A stretch of 64,000 nucleotides of DNA from Candidatus Uhrbacteria bacterium RIFCSPLOWO2_01_FULL_47_25 (GCA_001791325.1 MGEK01000039.1:1175-65174), one strand, 5' to 3'. Shown: positions 10,255-20,355, counted from the stretch's first letter. The notes: generated by a model from the letters alone, not told the origin. Numbers and translations: made by a program.

Positions 10255-11643
10255 CTAACTCATTATCATCTCCGCCAAGCGCCAAATGTCCCCGGCCCCC
10301 ATCGTCACCACCACATCGCCTTCTTTTAAAACTCCGCGTAAAATGTCGGCCGCTTCTTCAAGCGTACGGACTGGACGAGCTCGAGAGGCTGTTAGTTGAT
10401 TAACGGCCTCGGCTATAATGTTGTTGTCAACTTCACCGCCCTTCTCGCGGGCTGAAGAATATATGGGGGGTAAAATTATTTGATCGGCATGATTCAGCGC
10501 CGCGGCAAAATTTTTTAAAAAAGCGGCTGTGCGGCTAAAAGTATGGGCTTGGAAAACACACCATAAACGGCGTTGAGGATAGCGCGCTCGCAAGGCGGCA
10601 ATGGTCGCGGTAATTTCCGTTGGATGATGAGCATAGTCATCAATGATAATCGCTTTATTAAATTCGCCGCGATACTCCAGGCGCCTGGCCGTGCCGCGAA
10701 AGTTAATAAGCGCCCGAGCAATGGCCTCCAGATTAACGCCAGCCGCGTCAGCCATGGCTATTGCCCCCAGAGCATTAAGAGCATAATGGAAACCGGTCGT
10801 AGGAATATTAAATTCGCCATAAGGATTGCCATTATGAATAACTTTAAAACTAGTGTTCTCCGCTAAAACCACGTCTGTTAAGCGCCAATCGTTGTTTTTG
10901 GCCGTGCCATAAGTTAAAAATTTACCACGGCAAACGGACTGTAACTTTAACCTCAAGGGTTCCTCTCCCCAAGCAATCAAAGTCCCATCTGTTGGGATTT
11001 TAGCGGCAAAGTCAAGAAATACAGTTTGATAGCTTTTAATGTCAGGAAAATAATCTGGATGGTCATAATCAACATTAGTAATAATTAGATGGCGCGGCGC
11101 ATAATATTGAAATTTATTTTGGTATTCATCGGCCTCCAGCACAAACCATGGACTAGAGCCCAAGCGGGCGTTGCCTCCCCAGTCCATAACCGTACTGCCG
11201 ACGATAGCCGTGGGATCCAGTCCGCCCTCTTCAAGCATGCGGGCAAGCATGGCCGTGGTCGTGGTTTTACCATGCGATCCGGCCACGGCAATACTGTGCG
11301 CATACATGGCCAATAAAAATCCAACAACCTCCGGGTAACTCCATTCAGAAATACCCCGCACCTGCACCGCTCGGCGTTCAATATGATCATCCGCGTAGGC
11401 CGTTGAATAAATAACAGCGGCGACTCGGGGACCAATGTTGCCAGCTTCAAATCCGTTAGCGCAGTGGATGTTGAGGCGCTTCAAAACTGAATCCGTCGTA
11501 AACACTTCAGATGTATCTGATCCGGAAATTACGTAACCCTGCCCCTGCAGAATTTCCGCCAGGGCAGTCATAGCCACTCCCTTCAAACCAATCAAATGCA
11601 AATGAGCCGGAGGATCAGGAAATTGTTTGCCGGTTTTAAGCAT
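10255..11643 (-). CDS. murC: UDP-N-acetylmuramate--L-alanine ligase
   Basis: GSHGKTTTT, EADEY, DHPD, DDYAHHPTEI, HTFSRT, MGAGD. Confidence 0.95.
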   Translation of the reverse strand: MLKTGKQFPDPPAHLHLIGLKGVAMTALAEILQGQGYVISGSDTSEVFTTDSVLKRLNIHCANGFEAGNIGPRVAAVIYSTAYADDHIERRAVQVRGISEWSYPEVVGFLLAMYAHSIAVAGSHGKTTTTAMLARMLEEGGLDPTAIVGSTVMDWGGNARLGSSPWFVLEADEYQNKFQYYAPRHLIITNVDYDHPDYFPDIKSYQTVFLDFAAKIPTDGTLIAWGEEPLRLKLQSVCRGKFLTYGTAKNNDWRLTDVVLAENTSFKVIHNGNPYGEFNIPTTGFHYALNALGAIAMADAAGVNLEAIARALINFRGTARRLEYRGEFNKAIIIDDYAHHPTEITATIAALRARYPQRRLWCVFQAHTFSRTAAFLKNFAAALNHADQIILPPIYSSAREKGGEVDNNIIAEAVNQLTASRARPVRTLEEAADILRGVLKEGDVVVTMGAGDIWRLAEMIMS

Positions 11644-11646
11644 ATT

Positions 11647-12702
11647 CTAATTTATGAAAATCGTTTCCAGATGTTCTAAGAATTGTTTAGACCCGTCAGC
11701 AATCAATTCATGAAGGGCGCGCCCGTAATGTTCCCTAATTGCTTGGTTATTGACGAGATTGAGTACTTCTTGCGCAAATTTATTTGCCGTCAAATTTATT
11801 TGCTCCAAAACTATGGCGGCTCCTCGTTGGGCTATGGCTTGGGCGTTTGCTTCCTGGTGTGAATCAGGGATTGGTATAACGATAGCGGCTTTGCCAAGAC
11901 AGGCAAGTTCTGAAATAGTGCCCATGCCGGCGCGACTAACCACCACTTCGGCGGCGGCATAGAAATCCGGCAGTTCTGCCCTGGCAAATGCTTGTTGATG
12001 ATAATAGATTGACGGCTGTACACTAATTTGTTTGCCCGCTCCGGTCAAATGAATTAATAAAACTCTTTCTGCTAAAAATGGCAGGGCCTCAATAATCAGC
12101 CGATTCAAAGCCAGAGCGCCAGTGCCGCCGCCCATAACGAGTACTAACGACAAATCAGAACCAGTCTGAAAATGCCGTCGGGCGGCCAAGGGGTTTCCGT
12201 TCAGCACTGACGGACGAACAAGATTTCCAATAACTACGGAGTTTTTATCATGACCTGGCCAAACACTTGTTTTTAAAGAGGCAAAGGGACTCATTAATTT
12301 GTTGGCCAGTCCGCGCTCTACATCCTGCTCGTGCACTGTTACCGGTATCCTCAAGCACCACGAGGCCCAAACAAGAGGTACGCTGACAAATCCGCCCGCT
12401 GTTAACACGGCGTCGGGATGCAATTTTTGCAATAACCAAATAGACTTCAAAAATCCAGCCGCCACTAAAAATGGCGCGGCCACATTGCGCCAATCCCAAT
12501 AACGACGCCACTTGCCGGCCGGCAAAATAAAAAAAATAATCCCATAATTTTCAACCATGTGCCGCTCCGGCCCATGGGCCGTGCCAGCCCAAAAAAATTC
12601 ATACGACAATTTTTTTAAGCGCGCCTGTTCTACTATTGCCAAAAGCGGCGTCACTGAACCGCCTGTTCCACCACCAGACAAAAGGAGTTTTCGTTTTTTC
12701 AT
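11647..12702 (-). CDS. murG: Lipid II GlcNAc transferase
   Basis: GGGTGGS, GGFVSVP, HEQD, RAGMGTISE, HQEANA. Confidence 0.96.
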   Translation of the reverse strand: MKKRKLLLSGGGTGGSVTPLLAIVEQARLKKLSYEFFWAGTAHGPERHMVENYGIIFFILPAGKWRRYWDWRNVAAPFLVAAGFLKSIWLLQKLHPDAVLTAGGFVSVPLVWASWCLRIPVTVHEQDVERGLANKLMSPFASLKTSVWPGHDKNSVVIGNLVRPSVLNGNPLAARRHFQTGSDLSLVLVMGGGTGALALNRLIIEALPFLAERVLLIHLTGAGKQISVQPSIYYHQQAFARAELPDFYAAAEVVVSRAGMGTISELACLGKAAIVIPIPDSHQEANAQAIAQRGAAIVLEQINLTANKFAQEVLNLVNNQAIREHYGRALHELIADGSKQFLEHLETIFIN

Positions 12703-13802
12703 ATATCGCGCCGTCGAGTTGAGATATTAGCTAAGATGCCGGCGGCGGCCAATAAAACAACCATGGAAGAACTGCCATAGCTAAGAAAAGGTAAAGTAAT
12801 CCCGGTCAACGGCAAAAGGCCAACCATAGCTGAAACATTCACCAGAGACTGCCCTGTAATCCATAAAATAATGCCGCCGCCCAAAAGACGGCCAAAATCG
12901 TCAGGCGCCAAACGAGACACCTTAAAACCGTGAAACAAAAAATAAAGAAGTAAGGCTAGCCACAACGCTACCACGATAAATCCGAGTTCTTCGGCCACCA
13001 CCGCAAAAATTGAATCTCCATACACTTCGGGAAGATACTGAAACTTAGCGCGTGACTGCCCAAAGCCGCGACCAAAAAGGCCTCCGGAACCAATCGCCAA
13101 ATAAGCCTGATTAATGTGGTACCCGATTCCTTTTGGGTCAAGTTCTGGATGTAAAAAAATTTTAAAACGATCGGCGGCGTGAGGTTTAAATTGGATAAGG
13201 AGCATAAAAACAACCATGCCGATCAACACCAATGAAAATAAATATGCCAAACGACCGCCCGCTAAAAAATAAACACCCGAGGCAATAAGAGCGATCATAA
13301 AGGCCGTGCCAATATCTGGTTCAATAATAATTAAACCGGCCACCACCGCGATAATCGCTGTTAAAGGCAAAAATGTGAGCTTAAAATCATTGATTCTCCG
13401 TCCGCGCTTAGTTAACCACACTGAAAGATAAATCAACATGCTTAACTTAACTATTTCGCTGGGCTGAAAGGTAATGGGGCCAAGACGCACCCAACGCCTG
13501 GCGAATGTACCATACGACTGACCGATGTTCGGAATAAAAACAAGCAATAGCAACAAAAGAGACGCAATAAATAAAGGGAGGGCGAAACGCTTGAGATGCC
13601 TATAATCAAACCGTAGGAAGAAGATGAATAACAACAAGCCTATCCCCGTGGCTATTAGTTGGCGCTTCAAAAAATAATAACTATCTCCAAAACGATCAAA
13701 GCCAACTACCGCGCTGGCTGACGACAACATCACCAGCCCAAAAATTAAGAGCACGCCCAAAACGGCCAACAATCTGTAATCTGGATTCTGACGCGCCTTC
13801 AT
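12699..13802 (-). CDS. ftsW: SEDS family protein FtsW
   Basis: FQPSEIVK, EPDIG, LPEVYGDSIF, GITLPFLSYG; located between mraY and murG. Confidence 0.93.
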   Translation of the reverse strand: MKARQNPDYRLLAVLGVLLIFGLVMLSSASAVVGFDRFGDSYYFLKRQLIATGIGLLLFIFFLRFDYRHLKRFALPLFIASLLLLLLVFIPNIGQSYGTFARRWVRLGPITFQPSEIVKLSMLIYLSVWLTKRGRRINDFKLTFLPLTAIIAVVAGLIIIEPDIGTAFMIALIASGVYFLAGGRLAYLFSLVLIGMVVFMLLIQFKPHAADRFKIFLHPELDPKGIGYHINQAYLAIGSGGLFGRGFGQSRAKFQYLPEVYGDSIFAVVAEELGFIVVALWLALLLYFLFHGFKVSRLAPDDFGRLLGGGIILWITGQSLVNVSAMVGLLPLTGITLPFLSYGSSSMVVLLAAAGILANISTRRRDI

Positions 13803-14854
13803 GTTATAAGACGATCAATCAGAAAAATAGCTAGTCCCAACATAACCATCACCCCGCTTATCACCCAAAAACGCATCACCACCTTAGGCTCCGGCCAACC
13901 GCTGGCTTCCAAATGATGATGAAGAGGGGCTGATAAAAATATCTTGCGCCCCAAAATTCTTTTAGCGCTGACTTGAAGAATCACAGACAGAGACTCAACA
14001 ACCAAAAGGAATCCAAAAATCGGCAAAAGCAAAGCAGTATTGGTGAGCATGGCCAATATCCCCAAAGTAACTCCTAGCGCCATGGCTCCGGTATCCCCCA
14101 TAAAAAAACGAGCCGGGTAAATATTAAACCAAAGAAAGGCTAAAAGGGAGCCGATAATTACCGCTGTTAAGGCCGCCAAATCAAAACGATGCAGAACAAA
14201 AGCAATAACGCTGTAAGCCCCCATAATAATCAAACTAACGCCGCCCGCTAAACCATCCAACCCGTCAATCAAATTGAGTGAATGGGCAGTTGAGATTATG
14301 ACCAGCAAAAAAAGCGGAATATACCACCAACCAATTATGATATCCCCAAATAATGGAACATGAATTGTATCCCAATCAAGTTTGAAATAGAACCACCACG
14401 CGCCAACGGCGGCAATGACCGCGTATAAAATCATCCTATGTCTTACTCTAAGGCCGCCGGTCTTGGCCCCTACTCCCCAAACATTCATCAAATCATCAAC
14501 CAGCCCAACAAGAGCGGCTGCCACCAGAGCGAAAAGTGGCAACCATGTCTCTGATCTAGATAAAAAATTCAATGTCCCAAAGATATTCGGTGCTAAATAA
14601 CCCAAAAACCAAAAGAACAAAGTTACTGATAATGTAGTTAACCATATCAACACCCCTCCCATGGTAGGAGTGCCACTTTTAGCGGCATGAAGAGTTGAAT
14701 ACACCGGTGTCTCTCCAGTATCGCGGATATTCTTGCCGAGGTTGTACTTATAAAGAAAAAAAGTAAGCACTGGAGTCCAAGCCATGGCCAGCGCAAACGC
14801 CAGAATGGCCAAAAAAAGCATTCGCAAAATTGCAAAAATAGCAACCGACTCCAT
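13799..14854 (-). CDS. mraY: Phospho-MurNAc-pentapeptide transferase
   Basis: KSGTPTMGG, NLIDGLDGLA, FMGDTG, APLHHH. Confidence 0.97.
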   Translation of the reverse strand: MESVAIFAILRMLFLAILAFALAMAWTPVLTFFLYKYNLGKNIRDTGETPVYSTLHAAKSGTPTMGGVLIWLTTLSVTLFFWFLGYLAPNIFGTLNFLSRSETWLPLFALVAAALVGLVDDLMNVWGVGAKTGGLRVRHRMILYAVIAAVGAWWFYFKLDWDTIHVPLFGDIIIGWWYIPLFLLVIISTAHSLNLIDGLDGLAGGVSLIIMGAYSVIAFVLHRFDLAALTAVIIGSLLAFLWFNIYPARFFMGDTGAMALGVTLGILAMLTNTALLLPIFGFLLVVESLSVILQVSAKRILGRKIFLSAPLHHHLEASGWPEPKVVMRFWVISGVMVMLGLAIFLIDRLIT

Positions 14855-14857
14855 AAC

Positions 14858-15220
14858 TTAACGGTTAAGGTAAACCAGTAGTGAGGTCGCAACAATAACT
14901 ACAAACGATAAAATTACTGTACCAAAGCCCAATAGATAACTAATGACCCTATCTCGCCTCCACACAAAACTACCAACAACCGCATTCAAAATAACAAGAA
15001 TTAAACCCGCCAGGGGAATAAATAAAACCTCGTACCAATTGCCTAATAAATCTATGCCGAAATAAATATTGTAATGAAGAACGAGGTTTTCTTCACGAGG
15101 CATTATAAAGACAATAAGACCGACTGCCAACAAACACAAAATAAGAGCGGGAATGAGGGTCGCTCGCGTCCATGTATCTTTGAAATAAAGGCGAATGGCC
15201 GGGGACAAGAGAATTCTCAT
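14858..15220 (-). CDS. Membrane protein upstream of mraY
   Basis: Three hydrophobic segments with LHYNIYFGIDLLG loop; 3 bp from mraY. Confidence 0.7.
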   Translation of the reverse strand: MRILLSPAIRLYFKDTWTRATLIPALILCLLAVGLIVFIMPREENLVLHYNIYFGIDLLGNWYEVLFIPLAGLILVILNAVVGSFVWRRDRVISYLLGFGTVILSFVVIVATSLLVYLNR

Positions 15221-15307
15221 AAGTTATAGCCCCATCATAGCACAACCTACAATCAAGATGAATCCCGCGCCATGCTGGCCGGCAGGTAACGGATATACGC
15301 AACAATA

Positions 15308-15704
15308 TCAACCTTCTATGTTCTCAACTCCCCACCAAGAATCAAAAAGCGCATTGTTATGCAACCAGTCGCGAATATCTTCCCAATATTGTGAAGCTCC
15401 ACGGCTTAACCCGCCTTGGGCGGATGGCCTCCACAGAGATTGGGGGTGGAGCGTCCGCCCGAGGCGGACAGGAAACCCCACACCGTCCGCCCTGGGTGGA
15501 CTGGTGCGTGGGCAATTCAGTAATGCTGCCTTTTTCTCGTGATTTTTCAATAATCTCTAAATCATCTCGAGCATATTTAGTTAGCTTGCGAAAAATTTTT
15601 TTATTACCCTTAATCTTTTCAAAAATTCCTCTAATTTGATTCACCCACTCGGGCAATCGCTCTCCGCTCGGCATTTCCCCTTCTGGCAATTTTCCGACAG
15701 ACAT
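15308..15704 (-). pseudogene. Small hypothetical gene interrupted by a palindromic insertion
   Basis: Removing 121 or 124 bp ending at 15515 joins ...KGSITE to (S)QYWEDIRDWLHNNALF..., giving a ~90 aa ORF. Confidence 0.6.
15392..15515 (-). mobile_element. Non-autonomous IS200/IS605-type (PATE-like) element
   Basis: GC-rich hairpins in an AT-rich gene; minus strand ends TTAAGCCGTGGAGCTTCA, like IS605 right ends; no obvious target duplication. Confidence 0.55.
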
Positions 15705-15753
15705 AAATCAATTACCCCGCCCCAAGGGGCAGGGAAAGAAATTTACATGCATA

Positions 15754-16014
15754 TCATGATTCAAGCGCGGCAATCAAACTTTTTGCGGTTTTGTGAGTAG
15801 TATAGTTACCTAAAGCATAATCAAGCCGCGCTTCATTGATGATTTCATCAAACGTTTCGGCTTCATTTACACGTCTGATGTCGTCTGTAGAAATCTCCAA
15901 TATAATCTTCTTTTCACGAGGATACCGAGAAAGATAGCGCAAAGCAGACAATGGTAAGTTTATCGTTGCCTCGTGGGTTCTTTTTGAATTAGCCTTACTT
16001 ATTTTGGTTCTCAT
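15754..16014 (-). CDS. Putative antitoxin-like small protein
   Basis: 86 aa; C-terminus EARLDYALGNYTTHKTAKSLIAAL resembles type II antitoxin tails. Confidence 0.4.
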   Translation of the reverse strand: MRTKISKANSKRTHEATINLPLSALRYLSRYPREKKIILEISTDDIRRVNEAETFDEIINEARLDYALGNYTTHKTAKSLIAALES

Positions 16015-16145
16015 ATCGAGAGTGCTTATAAAAATATCATGGCACGAAAGAAAAATTCAAGCAAATTTGGACGATGGTCTGTAAGAGCCAAGTCAGGTAC
16101 ACGCTGTTATGCGAAGTAGGTTACGGGATAAATTAATTAAAAATC

Positions 16146-16228
16146 GCCTAACGGCTCGCGGCTATGCGGAGTCCTGAAGGAATTGTATCACAATTCCTGA
16201 GGGATTACGTATACACACGCTGTTATAT
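16146..16228 (-). repeat. attC-like site 1 (type A, right arm partly degenerate)
   Basis: GCCTAAC GGCTCGCGGCTATGCG...CGTATACACACGCT GTTATAT; near-identical to copies at 18703 and 24454. Confidence 0.8.
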
Positions 16229-16265
16229 GATGTAATGAAAAATTCTTAATTCGCCGATAGGCGAA

Positions 16266-17351
16266 TTATTTAATCGGGGCAATTTTTTTAAATTTTTTCA
16301 AAATTTCTCTTTCGAATTCGTCAATACCAAAAATCTTCTCAAATTCTTTTATAGTTTCTATGAGTTTCCCGTGCGGAAAAATGCCTTGCAGAAGTGGTTT
16401 ATTTTTAACTCGTGCTATCATTTCATCAGTTGGTTGCCAGTCGATTTTTGCCTTATCAAATAACTTTTTAAATTGATAACATTCTTGCTTCATTACCAAT
16501 AATTTTAACTTCTCAAAATTCATTTTGCGAATTTGTTTATAGATTTCGGTAGCTTTTATTGAAAATTCATCAACAAGGTTGTTTATTTCGTCTATTTTGA
16601 GAAATTCTCCATCGGCCCGTACAGCAAATTTTTTCATACCTGCCACAGGACTTTGTCCTTTAGAAATTGTATGACAGCCGACAAAGGATATTTTCCATAA
16701 AACATTTTCATAAATCGCGTAAATAACAACCTCTTTTACGTTTGCCAACAACTTTTCCGTCCATAATTCTTTCGGTCGGAGATTGGGGAAATGCCGGATT
16801 AATAGTACTTGATTAGATTTTAATGTGTATGGACCATAAACATCCCAACCGAGGTCAGTTACTACATCATTATAAAGCCCATGGACAAGCGAGCCAGCGG
16901 CCGTTATGAGCTGTCCAATTTTGCGAGCGCTTTGAATATCGGCTTTGTTCCATTTTATGTGAGATATGAACGTGCCAATTTCGGAGTTTGTATGACGTGG
17001 ATTCGATTTCAATGCGAAAGGATCGTCTGGACAACTTTCCTTGAGCATACGTGCGAAAAAATTTGCTACTGATTTATAATCCTTTTTATTCTCCGTTGGC
17101 TTAGCGTGGTAGGAAGGAATAAGTTTTATGAGAATTGCCCGCAGGTTAGAGGGTGGCGGGAGTATTCCTTTAATTTCACTAAAATGTTTTGATTCCAAAT
17201 CTAATTTTTTGATTGCATGCGCAATACTTGCTACCCATAAATCATACCAAAGAGGAAAAAAATGATAAAAATCAAGTGGTTGAAATCCCTCTAACACCTG
17301 CCCTTTAAAAACGTTTGAAGCGGATTTTGAAAATTCTTTAATCCAAGACAT
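16266..17351 (-). CDS. Hypothetical protein (cassette 1, gene 3)
   Basis: 361 aa from MSWIKEF, overlapping the upstream stop; no motif recognised. Confidence 0.75.
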   Translation of the reverse strand: MSWIKEFSKSASNVFKGQVLEGFQPLDFYHFFPLWYDLWVASIAHAIKKLDLESKHFSEIKGILPPPSNLRAILIKLIPSYHAKPTENKKDYKSVANFFARMLKESCPDDPFALKSNPRHTNSEIGTFISHIKWNKADIQSARKIGQLITAAGSLVHGLYNDVVTDLGWDVYGPYTLKSNQVLLIRHFPNLRPKELWTEKLLANVKEVVIYAIYENVLWKISFVGCHTISKGQSPVAGMKKFAVRADGEFLKIDEINNLVDEFSIKATEIYKQIRKMNFEKLKLLVMKQECYQFKKLFDKAKIDWQPTDEMIARVKNKPLLQGIFPHGKLIETIKEFEKIFGIDEFEREILKKFKKIAPIK

Positions 17352-17667
17352 ATACTTTTCCTTTTTGGCCGTCAACGCGGATGCGCATGCCATTTTTTAT
17401 CTTTTGGGTTGCTTCTTTGGTGTTGACAACGCAGGGAATACCCATCTCCCTGCTTAAAATAGCAGGATGTGAAGTGATGCCGCCAATATCCGTGATAATT
17501 GCCGCTGCCCTTACCATTGCGGTCACCATCGTCGGATCGGTTATCGTGGTTACTAAAATATTTCCCTCTTCAAATGAAGAAGGGTCGTCGCCAGAATAAA
17601 ATAATCTGGCGGTGCCTTCTATGTTTCCCGGGCTTGCGCCCATGCCTGTGAGTAATATTTTAGCCAT
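17338..17667 (-). CDS. Stand-alone PEP-utilising enzyme mobile (phosphohistidine swivel) domain
   Basis: GASPG, ILVTTITDP, TDIGGITSHPAILSREMGIPCVV, VDGQKG. Confidence 0.9.
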   Translation of the reverse strand: MAKILLTGMGASPGNIEGTARLFYSGDDPSSFEEGNILVTTITDPTMVTAMVRAAAIITDIGGITSHPAILSREMGIPCVVNTKEATQKIKNGMRIRVDGQKGKVYVLD

Positions 17668-17669
17668 AG

Positions 17670-18626
17670 TTATTGTAGTGAGTCGACTTTTTTAGGTTTT
17701 ATGTTGTTGGCTTTAATATACTCTTTTGCCAACTCAGTTAATGCGGGGATGTTCAGTTTGTATTCCTGTGTTTCTCCATTTTCACGTCGCAATATAATTG
17801 TAACTTGTTTTTCTCCTTGGTTATCGTTTTGTATCCGCAAATCCCAACTATCAAGTATTTTTAAACTCCCGCCAATTTCTTCCAAATTTTCAAAACCTAC
17901 TACGCTTTCTTTATTTTTTTCTCTTTCTATAGCATATTTCAGAAATGCTTCGGTTGATGTTTTGTGTCCCGAGCTAACCAGATTAATTGATTTACCGCCT
18001 GGCATATAATCTGGCAAATGGACAAGGCGATTAATCTTGAAAGCGACAGAAGCGGCTTGCTCCCGCGGACTCGGCGTTTCTTCATCTGGTCGCTTGTCGC
18101 CAAAAGAAAGATACCACTCTAAAGCTGGCTCTTCTGCATATTCTGCGGCTGCTTCCTGTTCATCGGGCGGTAGTTCATCAAATTTTTTTCCCGAATAATG
18201 CTCGTCGATGTATTGTTGTCTTTTTGGTAACATGATTGCATCGTACTGCTGCATAAATTTTTTGCTTGCGGCTAAGGCAGGCAGAGAAAAAAATGCCTGC
18301 GTAGTTTCTGACCTTTGTAAAATATTGGGGTTAACTTCTGCGGCTTGAAATACAGAAGTTAGTGTTTCTTTGGTTCTGTCTATTGCGGTAGCGTATGCCT
18401 TAGTAATTTTGCGACCAGCTAGTTGACTTTTTCCATAAGTTTCTGCGCGTTGTTTTCCTGTTTCTGAAATGCTTGACGTCGATAGTCCTTGAATTCCTTC
18501 CGCAAAGACTTGCCCAGACGCTTTTTGCGAATGGCGGACAAAAGTAAATCTTATTTCTGTATTATGCCCTCGTTCTTCTTTTAGTTCTTCAGGTTGTTCA
18601 ATTTGTGGTCTTCGTTCGTTAATCAT
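17670..18626 (-). CDS. Histidine phosphatase superfamily protein
   Basis: FVRHSQK, ISETGKQRA, RTKET, late SSGH. Confidence 0.65.
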   Translation of the reverse strand: MINERRPQIEQPEELKEERGHNTEIRFTFVRHSQKASGQVFAEGIQGLSTSSISETGKQRAETYGKSQLAGRKITKAYATAIDRTKETLTSVFQAAEVNPNILQRSETTQAFFSLPALAASKKFMQQYDAIMLPKRQQYIDEHYSGKKFDELPPDEQEAAAEYAEEPALEWYLSFGDKRPDEETPSPREQAASVAFKINRLVHLPDYMPGGKSINLVSSGHKTSTEAFLKYAIEREKNKESVVGFENLEEIGGSLKILDSWDLRIQNDNQGEKQVTIILRRENGETQEYKLNIPALTELAKEYIKANNIKPKKVDSLQ

Positions 18627-18702
18627 ATTGGTTGGTAAAAAATTTAAAAAAATTGCCCCGATTAATTTGCCCGATAGGGCAAAAAAAAATTTTCATTATT
18701 TC

Positions 18703-18783
18703 ACATAACGGCTCGCGGCTATGCGGAGTCCTGAAGGAATTGTATCACAATTCCTGAGGGATTACGTATAGCCGCTGTTCGGC
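18703..18783 (-). repeat. attC-like site 2 (type A)
   Basis: ACATAAC...GCGGCTATGCG/CGTATAGCCGC stem...GTTCGGC. Confidence 0.85.
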
Positions 18784-18923
18784 GATGTGCGCCGCGCGCA
18801 CGCCTGCCCGCCGAAGTATGGGGTGTTTGAATTCAGCATCTTAGTGAATAAGGAACGAAGGCGGGAGCCGAACAGCGGGAACCGCGAGCCGTTAGGCAAA
18901 ATGCGCGGCGCATTTTGCCTAAC
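18777..18923. repeat. Gene-less cassette, long form
   Basis: GTGCGC-CGC-GCGCAC hairpin, REP-like insert, inverted mini-attC, palindrome GTTAGGCAAAATGCG-CGG-CGCATTTTGCCTAAC. Confidence 0.8.
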
Positions 18924-19020
18924 GTTCGCGTATATCTGATGTTTTGCGGAGCGTAGCGGAGCAAAATATGGGTGAGTATTTGGCGTTAGCCAAGCGCGAA
19001 CCAGATATACGCTGTTATAT
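18917..19020 (-). repeat. attC-like site 3 (branched type)
   Basis: GCGTATATCTG/CAGATATACGC stem; two inner hairpins joined by GGGTG. Confidence 0.85.
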
Positions 19021-19145
19021 GATGTATGCTTTTCTTTTTGTCTCGCCTCAACGAGACCACTTTTCTATAATGAACAAATTTTATTTTTGTCTTGGCGTAG
19101 GGGCAGAGGGGCTGGGGGTGAATGCCACGAAGCCAAGACACCTTA

Positions 19146-20294
19146 TTATTCGTTGTCGGTGAATATATCAATGTAGTTCTTATACATATATGACTGCCTG
19201 TACTTCTTGCCCTTATCCTTTGGAATTAAAATACCCATTTTGATAAATCTATCAATAACTGTTTGTGCGCCAGCGCGAGTAAAGCCAGTCCATTTTTGAA
19301 TAACACTAACAGTTACAATGGGCTGCGCATATAATTTTGGTAACACCAAAGCTGCGCTTTCAGAAGCGCGTTTGCCAAGAGTTTGAATTTCGAGCAGGTC
19401 TTTCTCGCGCAAGATAGTGATTTTACCGACAGTATCTATTGCTTCGTTAGCAATTTCAATGACACCCTCAAGAAAGAAATCTATCCAATCCGATATGTTA
19501 CCATTATGGTAACTCAACAACTTTTCGTAATACAATTTTTGGTATTTTTTGAAAAAAGACGACAAAAACAAGACCGGCTTTTCCAAGTAGCCCTCTTTCC
19601 AAAGGTAAAAGGTAATCAACATTCTTCCGGTTCTGCCATTGCCATCCAAAAACGGGTGAATGGTTTCAAATTGAGCATGAATTAGTCCGGCTTTTATTAC
19701 GGTTGGTATTGCGTCGTCGGTATGAATAAACTTTTCCAAATCATTAAGCGCGCGATGCATTTCATCAACTGGCGGCGGAACAAAATTTGCGTTATCTGGG
19801 CGAGTACCGCCAATCCAATTTTGACTTTTACGGAATTCGCCCGGGTCGGAAAAATGTGTTGCGCGTGCTTTCTGCATAAGTTGCTTGTGCAGTTCACGAA
19901 TAAACCGGAGGACCATTGGAAAACCGTCTGTTCTCATTCTTTTTATTCCATAGTTGAGCGCCTTGATGTAGTGAAGAATGTCATCTACATCATCCGGTAT
20001 TTTCGTATCTATTTTTGCTTCCGCCGCGATTGCATCTATCATGGTCGCTCTCGTACCTTCAATTTGGCTGGAGGAAGCTGCGTCTTTTCGTAAATACATC
20101 AAAAGAAAAAAGTCAGCGTCCGGTAGTAATTTGGTAATGCCGTCCAATTTGCCAAGCAGGCGAGTGGCTTCATTGTTCTTTTTAAGGATATTTTGATCAA
20201 AACCAACCCCCTCCTTTGGTGGAAAGGGGTGCGGAATAAAAGCTTTAAATCCAGCAGGTTGCGCTTTGTATACGCCCATCTCAATGTTTTGCAT
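19146..20294 (-). CDS. Fic family protein (class II, C-terminal HTH)
   Basis: HPFLDGNGRTGR catalytic motif; N-terminal inhibitory motif SSQIEG. Confidence 0.95.
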   Translation of the reverse strand: MQNIEMGVYKAQPAGFKAFIPHPFPPKEGVGFDQNILKKNNEATRLLGKLDGITKLLPDADFFLLMYLRKDAASSSQIEGTRATMIDAIAAEAKIDTKIPDDVDDILHYIKALNYGIKRMRTDGFPMVLRFIRELHKQLMQKARATHFSDPGEFRKSQNWIGGTRPDNANFVPPPVDEMHRALNDLEKFIHTDDAIPTVIKAGLIHAQFETIHPFLDGNGRTGRMLITFYLWKEGYLEKPVLFLSSFFKKYQKLYYEKLLSYHNGNISDWIDFFLEGVIEIANEAIDTVGKITILREKDLLEIQTLGKRASESAALVLPKLYAQPIVTVSVIQKWTGFTRAGAQTVIDRFIKMGILIPKDKGKKYRQSYMYKNYIDIFTDNE

Positions 20295-20319
20295 AGTTTG
20301 TTTACATCTTTAGTTAATG

Positions 20320-20355
20320 TATACAAAGTATATCAGTTTGTATATTTTATGTCAA
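20320..20355 (-). promoter_or_regulatory. Sigma70 promoter of fic with overlapping inverted repeat
   Basis: Minus strand TTGACA-N17-TATACT; TATACAAA-N9-TTTGTATA spans the -10 box. Confidence 0.75.

Noticed and set aside
15195-15639. Several overlapping ORFs around 15.2-15.7 kb
   Set aside because: Explained by one interrupted minus-strand gene plus a GC-rich insert.
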